DNA of 64,000 bases from Felis catus (taxonomy: Eukaryota). The notes beneath the pieces were generated by a model that saw only the letters and a program-made list of their open reading frames with translations, was not told the origin of the DNA and did not search any database. This document shows, piece by piece, positions 51,301 to 64,000 of the stretch. The first letter of the stretch is position 1, and every line of letters starts with the position of its first letter. The DNA is taken from positions 185,258,001 through 185,322,000 of the forward strand of contig NC_058368.1 of the NCBI RefSeq assembly GCF_018350175.1, in the 5' to 3' direction. The position numbers and the translations under genes were made by a program.

Positions 51301-53039
51301 TTTACTGGGGGTCCCAGTACCATACTGAGGAGGTACTACTGAGTCGTCTCCCCATGGCAGGGGGAAGACACTTTAAGTTTTCGGTATTCCTTTGAGTGAA
51401 ACATAAAGGCAAACCTTTCTTTAGATAATGCACAGTATATCACAAAATAATTTTGATGAAAGATTCAGAATGTAAAATTCATGAAAACTAATGTGCATGT
51501 GGGTGGGACTTTGTTAGCTCATTATGGAATTCTCAGTACTTAAGTGCTCAGGAAATATTTGTTAAAAATATAAATAAATAAATGTGTCATTATTCTAAGA
51601 AGGTCTCTGTGCCTCCCTCGGATTACCAGTACTTTACTGAGGATGAACATGTAGGGGATGAAAAGCAAGGATGTCTGGGAAAAGGAAAGAAATTCTCATT
51701 CTGCAGCAAATACAAAGGAGAGGCATTGACATTTTAATGTTTCTTTGGTATTGCCAAATTCTTCCTCTGTTAAGAACCTCTCTTATTATTCCTTCAAATG
51801 GAGCATGAGAAATTTCACCTGGCACAATGTCATTCTGAAAAGCTTTACTTTTTGAGTATAAGGAACTCAGGCCTTGTCTCCTGTTTTTCTGAGTGTAAAT
51901 TTAGTAGTCTAGTATGAGCAGCACCCCAGAAATGTACCCGTGGGCACTTTGGACCTCCTGATCACCATCTTTGGTTACTTTTTCACTCAGAGGACTTTTA
52001 GTAAGCTTTTCCACTTTTATGATAAGGTCCATGAAACTTTTCTCTTTGGCCTTCTTGAGAATCATACTAGAGTGTTTTGCAAATGTAAAGCATTTCTGAC
52101 ATTTTTGGCATTATATAATTTGAGTTTTTTTGGGTTCAATTGAATTTCCCTGCCTGGCTCTGCTCTAAAGCCATTGCTCAGACTGTTTTAATGACAAAGT
52201 GTATTGTGCCCATTTGCCTCATGACGAGAAGGGGAGCTTTCAAACTGTTCTTAGCATATGTAGAGAGAAGCGGGAGGTTGGCCTGTACCAGGAGAAGTTA
52301 AAATCAACCAATGCATCTAATTTCCCACCTACATCTTTGGAGAGCTTTTGCCAATTTTCCTACAACATTTACCTACTACTTACTTTTCGTTGAAGCTGTT
52401 ACACAGCTGGGTTGCAGCTAAAATATTCTTCCAAGAAACAATGTCTGATCCCATTCCATTCTTGTCTCCTCCGAATCTTACTGTCTGTCCCACCCTGTAA
52501 CTTTTGCTGTATTCTGGGCTTAAATTTGAGATAATTTCTGTCTATGTCTTATCTTCCCTATTATGTTTAAGCTACGGGGTATAATTCTTTCATAGTTTTA
52601 GAATTTCTATATGTATATATATGTGTGTGTTGAGGGCCGACTAAATATTTTTCCTGGACCTAATTTGGATGACTAAGCACACTAGTGGATGCAGGGCTAG
52701 AAGTTGGTAGATAGGCCATGAGGAGGGAAATCTTATGTGACACTATAAATTTGCCAGGGTTGGATATCTGACCTATTAGTCCAGGGGCCATGACTCAAAG
52801 AATGACCTCATGTAAACTCAGGACTTCTCCCTGTCTCAAAGCTAGTGGGGGTCTTATAATATTGTTTAGCCTGCTTTTTCTCTGAAAGCACAAAGTTTGT
52901 GGCATGTGTGTATATGTATATGTGTGTGTTGTGTTTAAGGATTCAAAACAGAAGTGGGACTCACAGGTGGCTATAACCAACAACCGTTAGGGGCTCTTTC
53001 TGAACAGACTGTGTGAATGCTTCTAGAACTTTACTCTGG

Positions 53040-53525
53040 TGCTTCAGTTCAAATTAAAGGCATGATCTTATCATAGCCCAGAAGGACGTCTGCCATTGGG
53101 TCCTTATTTTCTGCCCCACCTGTACCTTGGACCGGTCTTCCTCCTATACACCATACCATCAAAATACTGGCTTTCTTCTTCTACTTGAGGTTATCTCCCA
53201 CTCTGGGTCTTGCCACAAGCTAGAGAGCTTTTGCAGTTCTGCTCTGCCTTCTGATTGTGTTTTTTCTAGCTTTTTCCTCATGTCTTTTAGATCTCAGGTC
53301 AAATGTTCTTCCTTAGGGAGGATGTCCTTGCCACCCCAATCTAAATGATACAAATTTCGTTCCACCTATTACTCCCATTTATGGTTTTTTCCTTTCTTTT
53401 ACATTCTCACAATTTATAGAACCATACCAAGATAACAGCCTCATTAAGAGCAAGAACTAAGGTTTACTGCTATATTGACAATGCCCTGCCTGATGTGTGG
53501 TACTTAGTAAATCTAAGTAAATTAC
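53040..53525 (+). mobile_element. L2 fragment
   Basis: atactggctttctt..agatctcaggtcaaatgttcttccttagggagg..gcctgatgtgtggtac. Confidence 0.6.
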
Positions 53526-53719
53526 ATACACATACAATTATATACATATGTATATATATATTTACTGAGATATATATTGATGTATGAACTGCTCAGGAAA
53601 ACTAAGAAAAGGATGTGGCCAGAAGAAGGTTTTTGTTGTTGTTGTTGTTGTTGTTAGTAGAAAACTTAAATGATGCATCTAAAAGAAATTTATGCAGAGT
53701 TTTCTCTTTTATAAGCATC

Positions 53720-53900
53720 GTGGCTCATTTGGTTAAGTGTCTGCTTTAAGCTTAGGTCATGATCTCACGGTTCATGGATTCAAGCCCCGCGTTGGGCCCT
53801 GTACTGTCAACACAAAGCCTGCTTCAGATCCTCTGTCTCCCTCTCTCTCTGCCCCTCCCCTGCTCTCTCTCTCTCAAAAATCAAATAAACATTTAAAAAA
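53720..53900 (+). mobile_element. 5'-clipped Can-SINE
   Basis: Starts gtggctca. TSD ttataagca(t/c)c at 53709-53719 and 53906-53916. Confidence 0.93.
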
Positions 53901-54243
53901 GTTTATTATAAGCACCAATATGTATTCTTTTCAGAGAATGGGTGGTAATTTAAAAATGATAAAAGAGTCTTTAGGTTTTCTACATCCTGCTTATTCACTT
54001 TGTTTGGTATACTATCCCTGCCACTGTCACCTCTCTTTCTACTCCCTCGTCATATTCTTCATTTTTGAATTAGGTAACTTCCATTTAGTTCCCAGATCAC
54101 AGTTGAAACTTGCTTCCTCAGGGAGACATTTCATGATCTCTAAATTAGGCTAAATCCCTTGCTATTTGCTCTTAAAGCACTCTTCCTTTCTCCTTTCATA
54201 AAATTCCTCACATTTCTTTCACTCAGTACTAAATAAACATCTA

Positions 54244-54675
54244 TGTGCCATAAAGGATTGACTCATCAGGTTTAGGATGTTTAGAACTTACACTTTCCAA
54301 AAACGTGATTGGCCCTTGACTGGCTCCTGGGAGATAACAACTAAGCCCTAGAAATATCCTGCCTATTAAGAGCATGTTTGTGTATACCTGGGACGTTGGG
54401 CCACAGAAGATGGTTTTTGCTAACAATGTGATTTTTGGTGGGTCCTTGAGCAATGGTGTATTATATTGACCTCCAAAAAAGAAGCTGGGGACTGAGCAAC
54501 CAGTATCGATTACATGGGTGTTTCATGCTTATGTGATTTGCCTCCAATAAAAACCCTGGACAACAGTCTGGCAACCCTTCCCTTCACAGGGAAGGTGAGC
54601 TTCCCTAATTGACAATATTTAATGCCTGTTGTCACACATAATTGGTAGAAGAATTCAGTGCTGTCTGTATAGCTT
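54244..54675 (+). mobile_element. ERVL LTR, MER21/MER68/MER77 group, partial
   Basis: ggctcctgggagataac..aatatcctgcct..gctaacaatgtgattt..ccaataaaaaccctggac..gtgagcttccct. Confidence 0.7.
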
Positions 54676-54779
54676 AGGCCTTCAACCATAGGTGCTTTCT
54701 TCTATTTGTCCATCATAAGACTATGAAGTAGGTAATGTTGGTGTAAAATTTTGAACATTTTGAAAATCAAAATGATTTT

Positions 54780-55005
54780 GGGGCGCCTGGGTGGCTCAGT
54801 CGGTGAAGCGTCCGACTTCGGCTCAGGTCATGATCTCACGGTCCGTGAGTTCGAGCCCCACGTCGGGCTCTGTGCTGACAGCTCAGAACCTGGAGCCTGT
54901 TTCAGTCTGTGTCTCCCTCTCTCTCTGACCCTCCCCCGTTCATGCTCTGTCTCTCCCTGTCTCAAAAATAAATAAAATGTTAAAAAAAAATTAAAAAAAA
55001 AAAAA
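54780..55005 (+). mobile_element. Young Can-SINE
   Basis: CpGs largely intact and a long A tail. Perfect TSD gaaaatcaaaatgattttg at 54762-54780 and 55006-55024. Confidence 0.98.
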
Positions 55006-55329
55006 GAAAATCAAAATGATTTTGATGATTTTGGGTGATTACATAATGCCATAATATTAACAAAGTGAATTAGACGATGAGAGGTAAGATTATCCATTGT
55101 GAAATATCATGTGTGAGTGCCTGTAAATTTAGATTTCTGTGTTCATGTAAGTGCCTTGGTATTTATGAAAGATTTTTTTCTTTAGTTCATCTAGTAAACT
55201 AAGAAAAGCTTTATCTTCACAATTGTGTAGGTGTAAGAGTCTTGATAAATTGAAGTCTTGGCAAAGTGAAGGTAGACTTTGACCAACAAAAAAATCTTAA
55301 CAACTCCTTCCAAAACTCAGCCTTCTCAC

Positions 55330-55820
55330 ACCAAACTCAGTCTTGCTTAAAAACCTTAACACGGTCTACAGGACCTCATGTGGTGATGGCTTTCCCCAGT
55401 TTCTTCATTCTCACTGACCTTTCTTAATCATGTCTCCCTTCCATGCTTGCGCCAACCACACCCTTGTCCATATTCCTCCATGTGATCTTTCTGTCCTTCC
55501 ACCAATTACTATTTGTCTTAGTTAACTCAATTGCATCCTTTATTTCTGCTTGAATGACATTTCCTCTTGGAATATTTTCCAGATGTCTACATTAAACTAG
55601 GCCTCTCTATCTTAAGCCCTGATAGGGCTCAATATCTTTCCTTCATAAGACTTATCACAACATTACATTCATTTGTTTGTGTGATAGTTTAATTAATTAC
55701 TGATTTCTGTGTAATCTAACCTTTGAAGGAGAGGAACTGTGTCTTTTTGTCCTTTCTGTATATGACATCCTTAATGTCTAAAGTAGAGTATATTATATAG
55801 CAGTACTTAATATATATTTG
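55330..55820 (+). mobile_element. L2 3' fragment
   Basis: ttaactcaattgcatcctt..tttgaaggagaggaactgtgtcttttt..atatttgtt. Confidence 0.6.
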
Positions 55821-55824
55821 TTAA

Positions 55825-56046
55825 AAAATCTTTTTTTTTTTTTCAACGTTTATTTATTTTTGGGACAGAGAGAGACAGAGCATGAAGGGGGGAGGGGCAG
55901 AGAGAGAGGGAGACACAGAATCGGAAACAGGCTCCAGGCTCTGAGCCATCAGCCCATAGCCCGACGTGGGGCTCGAACTCACGGACCGCAAGATCGTGAC
56001 CTGGCTGAAGTCGGACGCTTAACCGACTGCGCCACCCAGGCGCCCC
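55825..56046 (-). mobile_element. Young CpG-rich felid Can-SINE
   Basis: Perfect TSD aatatatatttgttaa at 55809-55824 and 56047-56062. Confidence 0.98.
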
Positions 56047-56305
56047 AATATATATTTGTTAATTGAATTAGTAAATCTAACACGTTAACATTATGGTTCA
56101 AAAGTAATAGGCTGAGAATTTAAGTCAAAAAGTTGTGGCTTCAAATATAGCCTCCTCCTGCGTTAGATATGCACCTTCTTTGAACCTTCATTTACAAAAT
56201 GGGGATATTAACATATTAAAATATTGAAATACATAAAATAAATAAAAATCATTCAGCCTGTTCTTAGCATATTATAGAAGGGCGAAATATAACTTATGTT
56301 TGTAT

Positions 56306-56514
56306 TAAAATTTTTTTTTAACGTTTATTCAGTTTTTGAGAAACAGAACACAGCAGGGGAGGGGCAGAAAGGGAGGGGGACATAGAATCTGAAACAGGCT
56401 CCAGACTCTGAGCTTACAGCACAGAGCCTGACATGGGGCTCGAACTCACCAACCGCAAGATCATGACCTGAGCTGAAGTCAGACGCTTAGCAGACTGAGC
56501 CACCCAGGTGCCCC
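56306..56514 (-). mobile_element. Can-SINE
   Basis: Ends ..gagccacccaggtgcccc; flanking repeat taacttat(g/t)ttt. Confidence 0.95.
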
Positions 56515-57443
56515 TTAACTTATTTTTATTTTTACTGTTATTAAAAAATGAAAAATGGCATTAGCAAACTGGTATAGAATAGATAATAAATACAGTAATG
56601 TTAATGATGCTGCTATTATTGCCCTTGACCTCAAATAGTAGGTATAAAAAGGGAATATGTATTTTTCAGACATATGTCAAAATGTTTTTTCCATTTTATT
56701 TCCAATAAACAAATGTTATTATTCTTTTCATTCTGAGAAGAGGAAAAAAATATAATTTGAAATACCTTATGGATGGTGATTAGTAGAACCTGGAGTAGAG
56801 TAAGGTCTTCTGGGATGGCCAGACCACTGCGCATTCTGTTCTTTATTTTCTTTCATGTGAATGACACCTCTACACTTTAAATCCATAAAGGGTATAAGAA
56901 AGGCAGCTAATTTGACCTTTGAAAACAAATTATAATGTTATAAAGGCTGCATAAATTGCCCATGTTTCAAATGATATTATTTTCTCACAAGTATTAAACA
57001 GAATGATAGTCCCTGGTGGAGTTATAGATTTACTAAGAGTAGGTATATAAAATCTTAGGCTAACACTAATGGGTATGAGCAAATGAGTAAAAAAAGCCCT
57101 AAAATGTTTAGCAAAAAGATCAGGACACTTAATTATAATATGTGATTTTACAGCCAGAAAATTGATGGATATTTGAGTTTTTGTGCTAAGAATATTAGGA
57201 AAAGAAAAATAGTTTGGAGATTAAAGAGAAAGTGTTGTTTCTATTGATGGGCCAAGGTACATTGCAATAGAAATGCCATTAAGGTTTTCATTTGTCACAA
57301 CTTTGCAGAAAGATAGTTTCTTAGATGTTTATCAATGTACCAAATAGTCTCTAAGCAATAATTTGTCATAGCTGGATATTTTTGGCCTCCAAAGTTAATG
57401 GCCTCCAAAACTAATTTATAGCTAATGCCATACCAAATATTTT

Positions 57444-57455
57444 TTGAATGTTTAT

Positions 57456-57494
<39 letters not shown>

Positions 57495-57657
57495 CAAGTT
57501 GGGGAAGGAGGGAGGGCAGAGAGAGAGAGACAGAGGACCCTAAGTGGGCTCTGTGCTGACAGCAGAAAGCCCAGTGCAGGGCTTGAAATCACAAAATGTG
57601 AGACCATGACCTGAGCTGAAGTCAGACACTTAACCAACTGAGTCACCCAGGTGCCCC
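57444..57657 (-). mobile_element. Can-SINE
   Basis: (GA)n tract; degenerate TSD taccaaatatttt / tagtaaatatttt. Confidence 0.95.
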
Positions 57658-58524
57658 TAGTAAATATTTTAATTACAAGTAAAGACAATGTAAATTAAGG
57701 CATCAAGGGCTAAGTTGAGCCACTGGGTCATGGGTTGTTTTTGAGAGGATCACATTGATCAGGAAGTTCAGGAAAAGAAAAAAATCATCAATAATTTGTA
57801 CAAATAGTCAGGTAGCTTTTAGAAATTGATCACTTCCAATGGATAGTCAGATGGCCATACCAGTAGCCTTCTATTGGGTCAGCATGGTTAGGAGTGGTGA
57901 GTACAGTAATTCTGAGATTACCATGAAATGAACTAATTTAGCCTAGGTTTCCACACAGCAGTCAAGAGAGATTAAGTCCCCTGCATTTTCTCTTTGTATT
58001 TCTGCTATTGAGGAACACGTTCCTGCAGGCATTCCAGTCTGGGGCATCAGAGAACCCTGGACAGGAAGCAAGAGGGTCCCTGTCTAGTCTGGAGGTGAGG
58101 GGCTGTGATCACATCCATGTCTGTAAGTGAGGTGAGACAGACAGGATTTGAAGAGATGCTCATGTCTGATTCTGATCCAACAGTAATTTGTGGAAAGAAA
58201 CAAGTAGTTCTTCTGTGGCTTAATGACAATTTGCCATGGAAAAGAATGTCTGCCAGCCTTTGACACCAGAGTAGAAAGGTAAGCTTTGTATTATCAATTG
58301 AGGGACTGCTTTGTTTCTAGAATTTATTGACTATGCTTTTGAAATCTATGCAAAAGATTATGTGTTGCCTGAAATGAGCTAAAAATTAAATTGTTGAAAA
58401 CATTCTCTTATGTATTTAAACCAGTAAATACAATGAATTTAGAATTTTTGGCAGGTATTAGGGAGAGCTTTAAAATAGAAAAAAAACAAACCTAAACTCA
58501 AATAAATAGGCTAATTCCTGATTC

Positions 58525-59090
58525 TCATACATCAGAATTCTGATTACAGGGCCCAGAAACTTGGCAAAGACTAGCTTAAATAATTAAGGGAAATATGTTG
58601 TATCATACATTTGAGAAGTCCAAGATGTGGGAGTGGTTTGGCCACATTTTGGTCCAGGGGCTCAACTAACGTCATTAGCATTTTTCTTTTCCTTCCTCCA
58701 TCTGTGTTTGATGCCTTCTGTGTATTGGCCACATTCTCTGATTTTCCAATAGTCTTTCTTTATGCACTCAGGGAAAATGATAGCCAGAAGCTCTAGCTTC
58801 ATTTTGGCCTTCACGGTTCTGTACATATAAGATTTACTTTATTCTTGGTAAAACAGAATGTTTGCTATCAACGCTGGATAAGTAAGTCCAGCTGCCACTT
58901 ACTATCTACCCATAAAAATAAAATTCTCCCACCCAATGTTCGCACGTTGAACATAAGAACTCTCCTATCATGTTGCTCTGGACTGATCCCTATTGAAGCA
59001 TGATGATTGACAGACCTGGGTCACAAGAACATTCTTGAGTTCGCAATTTCATGAAAACCACATGGACTAAGGATGGGTTGTTAAGATAAG
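58525..59090 (-). mobile_element. Old MLT1-type MaLR LTR
   Basis: gactagcttaaataattaaggg..tgagaagtcca..ggtccaggggctcaa..gattgacagacctgggtcac motifs. Confidence 0.55.
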
Positions 59091-60449
59091 ACAATGTATG
59101 TCTATTACAGAGGTTGTGCTTTAAGTTTCGATATACTAGAAGAGAAAATGCAGAAAATGCATGCCTAGTGAGTATGCTTTTGACTGATTAATGGAAAATA
59201 ATAAGCTAAGTACACTTTAGTATAGACATGAAGTTATATACTGAACTAACCAAGTCTGTGAGCGCTATATTAGGAATACTTCCTAGAGTATCATTGAATA
59301 TCATAAAAATCTTAGGTGTTGATATACACAGAGAAACTACACTACTGCCTTCATTTTAGAGAAAAGAAAAACTGAGATTCAGAGAAAAGAGGTAACTTTC
59401 TCAAAGATATATTTAAGATGTCTCCGGGATATGTGTTGAGGAAGGATGGCAAAACCATGGTGGTAGGAGTCAGTAAGCAAATTTGTGGAAGTGAGTGAGA
59501 TTAACTTTGCATTTCATGAGGCTCATAAAATGGGGAGGGACTATTTAATAAAGAATATACTTGATGCTTTAAAGGTACAAAACATCAGTATTAAAGTTTT
59601 AAAAATAAATTTGGTTCAAATAATGTTTTTCTCATCATAAAAACAGTAAAGACATTCTGTAGAAAGTTAGAAAATTCTGAATACTCGAACAAGCAAAAAT
59701 GAGAGAAAACTACCACTGATCCCAGATTGTTATTTTTATCTTGCTATATATACATCATTAGACCTAGTTGCGGTTTATGAATTATATATATTTATAGCAT
59801 ATTAAATATAAAACATGTATAGAGACTCAGACATATGCACTATAAATGAATATATTTTCCCATTTAATATTTTTCCAGTTATTTTGCTATTATAATAAAT
59901 ATAATAGTGTTTGAAGCACACTTTTATAAGTACTTCTTGTGCAAATTCCTAATCATTGCTTAAGAAAAATTTATGGAAGTAGAATTTCTAAGGTTAAGAA
60001 GGTCTAATTATTTGAGTACCATTATTATTTTTAAGTAACACTGGAAGTAGATAAAGTATCTTTATAACTAAATACCCCCCTTTTTTAGAAAAACAAAGAA
60101 AAAGAAAAGCCAGTTTATTTATATTACTTAATATTTTAAAAACAAGACATCTCTTTAACAGTAATGTTCTATAGCATTTATGTCTTGCTCAAGGGTAATC
60201 AACTGAAATGTATGTCTCTGAAATTAATTTCCCATGGAGAATACATTTCATAGCAGGTCTGAAGGATTTCAATGCAGCTAATGACCTTTTACATTTGTCA
60301 AAATTTATTGATGATTTTGAAAACAAAAAACATTTACTTGTACATCCAACTGATAACATAGTAAAACTAGTGCTAATAGATACTAAGTTCCTGAAATCAT
60401 CTATATGTGTAGATTCTTCAGATTGTTATGCAGTTATCAAAATACATTT

Positions 60450-60635
60450 TAAAAATGTTTATTTATTTATTTTGAGAGGGAGGGGGCAGAGAGAGAGAGA
60501 TAGAAGGTCCCGAGCAGGCTCTGCACTGTCAGCCCAGAGCCTGACGCGGGACTCCGTTTCACAAACACTTGAGATCATGACCTGAGCCGAAATCAGGAGT
60601 CAGATGGTTACTGACTGAGCCACAGCTGGCACCCC
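60450..60635 (-). mobile_element. Can-SINE
   Basis: TSD tcaaaatacattt / tcagaatactttt. Confidence 0.95.
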
Positions 60636-60794
60636 TCAGAATACTTTTTATAGTTACTTCAGTTGATATTTTGAATAATTGCATTTAAAACAATAACTAA
60701 CCATTGTAATGTTTTGAATATTCAGTGCCTGGCACATTGCTTTATACATAATAGGTTGTTGATACTTATTTGAATTAAGACTGAATGAGTGAAA

Positions 60795-61692
60795 TATGTC
60801 CATTCATGTCTTCTGCCCTTTTTTTTTTTAACAAGGTTATTCATTTTTAGGGTGTTGAATTTGGTGTTTTTTATACTCTCTTTGTCACATAAGTCATTTG
60901 CAAATATCTTCTTCCATTCCAATTCTGATTATTTCCTTTGCTGTGCAGAAGCTTTTTCTTTTGATGAAGTCCCAGTAGTTCATGTTTGCTTCAGTTTCTC
61001 TTGCCTCAAGAGACGTGTCTAGTAAGAAGTTGCTATGGCTATTGTCAAAGAGGTTGCTGCCTGTGTTCTCCTCTAGGATTTTGTTGGCTTCCTGTCTCAC
61101 ATTTAGGTCTTTCATCCATTTCGAATTTATTTTTGTGTATGGTGTGAGAAAGTGGTACAGTTGCATTCTTCTGTATGTGACTGTCCAGTTTTCCCAACAT
61201 GGCTTGTTGAAGAGACTGTCTTTCTTCCTTTGGATATTCTTTCCTGCTTTGTCAAAGATTAGTTGACCATATAGCTGTGAAGCCATTTCTGGCTTTTCTA
61301 TTCTGTTCCACTGACCTATATGTCTGTTTTTTGTGCCAGTACCATACTGTCTTGATGACTATAGCTTTGTGATGTAGCTTAAACTCCACAACTGTGATGT
61401 TTCCAGCTTTGCTTTTCTGTTTCAAGATTGCTTTGGCTATTTGGGATTTTTGTGGTTCCCTACAAATTTTAGGATTGTTTGTTCTAGCTCTGTGAAGAAT
61501 GCTGGTGGTATTTTGATAGGGGTTGCATTAAATGTGTGGATTGCTTTGGGTACAGACATTTTAACAATATCTGTTCTTGCAATCCACCACCATGGAATAT
61601 TATGCCATTTCTTTGGGTCTTCACACAAAGAAATTGTGTCTTCAATTTCTTTCATAGTTTTCAGAGTACAGATCTTTTACCTCTTTGGTTAT
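60795..61692 (-). mobile_element. Internal carnivore L1 ORF2 fragment
   Basis: Peptides LYGQLIFDKAGKNIQ..DSLFNK.CWENW..LTPYTKINSKW.KDLNVR and [18 protein letters not shown]. No poly-A or 3'UTR. Confidence 0.95.
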
Positions 61693-62331
61693 ATCATTGT
61701 AATATCTAAGGATATAGTGGAGTTTGAGAAGCATAATTTTGTTTGAATAAATGTGAGAAAATGACAAATGTTTGAGTTGATGTTTGCACATCTGTGTGGA
61801 TGGTTGTGAAATCTGTTTATGATCGGCAGTATTACATGGGATTGATAAAATGTATACATGAGATTTTCTTAAACAATTCTTTTTCTTAAAGAATCAATGA
61901 ATGAATGAATGAATAAATGGAGTCTTTCCCAATTTTATAAATTATATATTAACAATGTATATATGTTATGTATTATATAATTCTTATTCAAAATTCATTG
62001 TTTGGAGGTCTAATTTCAAATATAATAGATTTAAAACTGCACATATTGATTATCCTGATAGTAGATAATAAAAGAGGTGTTTGACCTGTGGTATGTCTGT
62101 GTTTGCTGCTTCTTAGCAACAAATGTGAATGAATATGCATATATATGTATGTTTATACACACTTTTTGACACATAAAATAACCATATTAAAGGTTTATTA
62201 TTATGTCTACTAAAAAAGCCATTGCTAACTAATTTTATATTTCCTGAGTATTTCAGATAGTCAACTAGATGCAATGTTAACAGTGTCCCTTGCTTAGGAA
62301 TCCTAGAAGTTTTAAAATCATTTTTGTGAGA

Positions 62332-62531
62332 GGGGCACCTGGATGGCCCAGTCTGTTAAACGCCTGACTTCAGCTCAGGTCATGATCTCACAGTTCAAGG
62401 GTTCGAGCCCCACATCATGCTCTGTGCTGACACCTCAGAGCCTGGAGCCTGCTTTGGCTTCTGTGTCTTCCTGTCTGTCTGCTCCTCCCCCACTCATGTT
62501 CTGTCTCTCAAAAATAAATCAACATTGAAAG
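62332..62531 (+). mobile_element. Can-SINE
   Basis: TSD aaaatcatttttgt(g/a)agag at 62314-62332 and 62532-62550. Confidence 0.96.
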
Positions 62532-63374
62532 AAAATCATTTTTGTAAGAGCATGAAAGTATATTTATCACATAAATTCTGGTAGAAGAGCTTGTATAGGC
62601 CACATGGAACGTGATCTGGCCTGTGAGAGTACTCTTAACACCAGTTCTTACTGTTTGGCAAATAGGCACAATTGTCCAAAAGAGAATGAAAGACCTCTTG
62701 GGAGACATGGATTTGTCTCCTTCATTTGAGTCTATTTTCAGGCCCAAGAGCTTATGTTTAGAAATGTTTCTAAATGCCAATTAGCTTTATTCAGTTGACA
62801 TATGACTTCTGGGAGTCTGAGATGAGAAACAGTGAAAAATGCCAGTGAGCTTTATCCAGGGAGCTCTCTTGTCAGGACGATGAACAACACATATCCCAAC
62901 CAACCAGCTCATACGTGTTTTCTCTTCTTGGCAAAAGAGGGCACATAAGGTTGCGTGGTTGAAGTAATATCATTGCTCTAAGCAAAGAGAAATGTTTCAT
63001 GGTTTGTATTTTGTCCACACTGGATTGACACAGAATCAGCTTATGCTTTGGGCAGAGCACATTTGAATGCTTATCAGGCATTTTAATACTTTCATATCAC
63101 ACAATGAAAGACGTCATTCATTCAACAAGTGTTTGATAAGCACCCACTGAATGAAAGGCATGGAAATAAGCAGAGATGAATGAGCTGGATGTATCTTCTT
63201 CCATCATGATTCAGTTACTAAGTACTGTATGGTTCTTCACCTGGCTGTGCCTTGTCTCTCTCTCTCAAGATAAAATGTTTCTTAAAGTCAGAGAGCCTGC
63301 TCTATAACATTTAGTCCCTTATAATATTTGCATTGTTGGACATGCTCCATATATGTTTCAAAATAGGCTATGAG

Positions 63375-63600
63375 TATATAAAAGTAATATTGTGTACTCA
63401 AAAACCCAAGCTTTAGAATTAGGCCTGGGTTTGAATTAGCTTCTATATTTGGTATCTTTGTGAGTTTGGAAATAAACCTTATCCTATCTGAACCTTAATT
63501 TCTTCATGTGTACAATGAAGATAATGATGCATCTCTTGCAGTGTTCTTGTAAGACTTAGCATACTCATGTCTCCTCAGTATATGATAACTCATTGAACTA
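63375..63600 (+). mobile_element. MIR
   Basis: gctttagaattaggcctgggtttgaat..tctgaaccttaatttcttcatgtgtacaatgaagataat. Confidence 0.7.
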
Positions 63601-63953
63601 ATTTTATTAATTTGAATGAATAATGTTATTTGTATATTTTTATTTTCAGAGGAGACTTTTTTCTGGGACTTTGGAACTAAGTGTTTTTGATTGAGAACAT
63701 TCCTTTTCAGATTTTATAAAAAGTAAAAAAGTAAATTATAAGCTTTGTAATAATAATGAGAGAAATAATCTATGCCTTTGCCTCCAGCCTAACATAAATG
63801 ATGTTTGCAGTTTGGGAAGCACTTTTTCATATCTATTCTAAAAAAAGGCTTATGTACATATTATAGAGTGATTTTGATTAATATTTTAAAATAGAATCAT
63901 TTTTTAATTTCTTGTTTCACTTAACAGTATAACTTGAAAATGTTTCATATGTA

Positions 63954-64000
63954 GGGGCGCCTGGGTGGCTCTGTCGGTTAGGTGTCCAACTTTGGCTCAG
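63954..64000 (+). mobile_element. Can-SINE head, cut off by the window end
   Basis: ggggcgcctgggtggctctgtcggtta..ggctcag. Confidence 0.92.

Noticed and set aside
54780..54860. tRNA-like A/B box sequence
   Set aside because: It is the head of a tRNA-derived Can-SINE, not a tRNA gene. The same applies to the other copies.
60208..60585. 125-aa ORF
   Set aside because: The 3' third runs through an antisense SINE and the remainder is unrecognised.
60894..61286. 130-aa ORF with protein-like sequence
   Set aside because: It is a decayed L1 ORF2 C-terminal fragment, not a host gene.

Overview
AT-rich mammalian genomic DNA. The tRNA-derived Can-SINEs (including the young CpG-rich cat-type form) and carnivore L1 tails point to a carnivore, most likely a felid. 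I find no credible protein-coding gene: the supplied ORFs are reading frames through SINEs and microsatellites, or decayed L1 ORF1/ORF2 pieces. The window looks like a long intron or an intergenic region. It holds about 27 Can-SINEs (most with readable target-site duplications, TSDs), several L1s including a near full-length old copy at 38.7-45.3 kb, old L2/MIR/ERVL-MaLR/hAT remnants, and microsatellites. The most interesting structure is fine-scale: a perfect 4x12-bp CpG-rich minisatellite inside a very young SINE; a cluster of templated direct and inverted insertion scars (TMEJ-like) inside L1s; two 5'-inverted L1 tails broken at the same internal site; a head-to-head SINE pair 27 bp apart; multi-layer nested insertions; a 15-bp perfect inverted repeat in unique DNA; and two weak in-frame candidate exons. 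Repeat family names come from remembered consensus motifs, not a database search, and the boundaries of old elements are approximate. I do not see evidence of a novel gene system.
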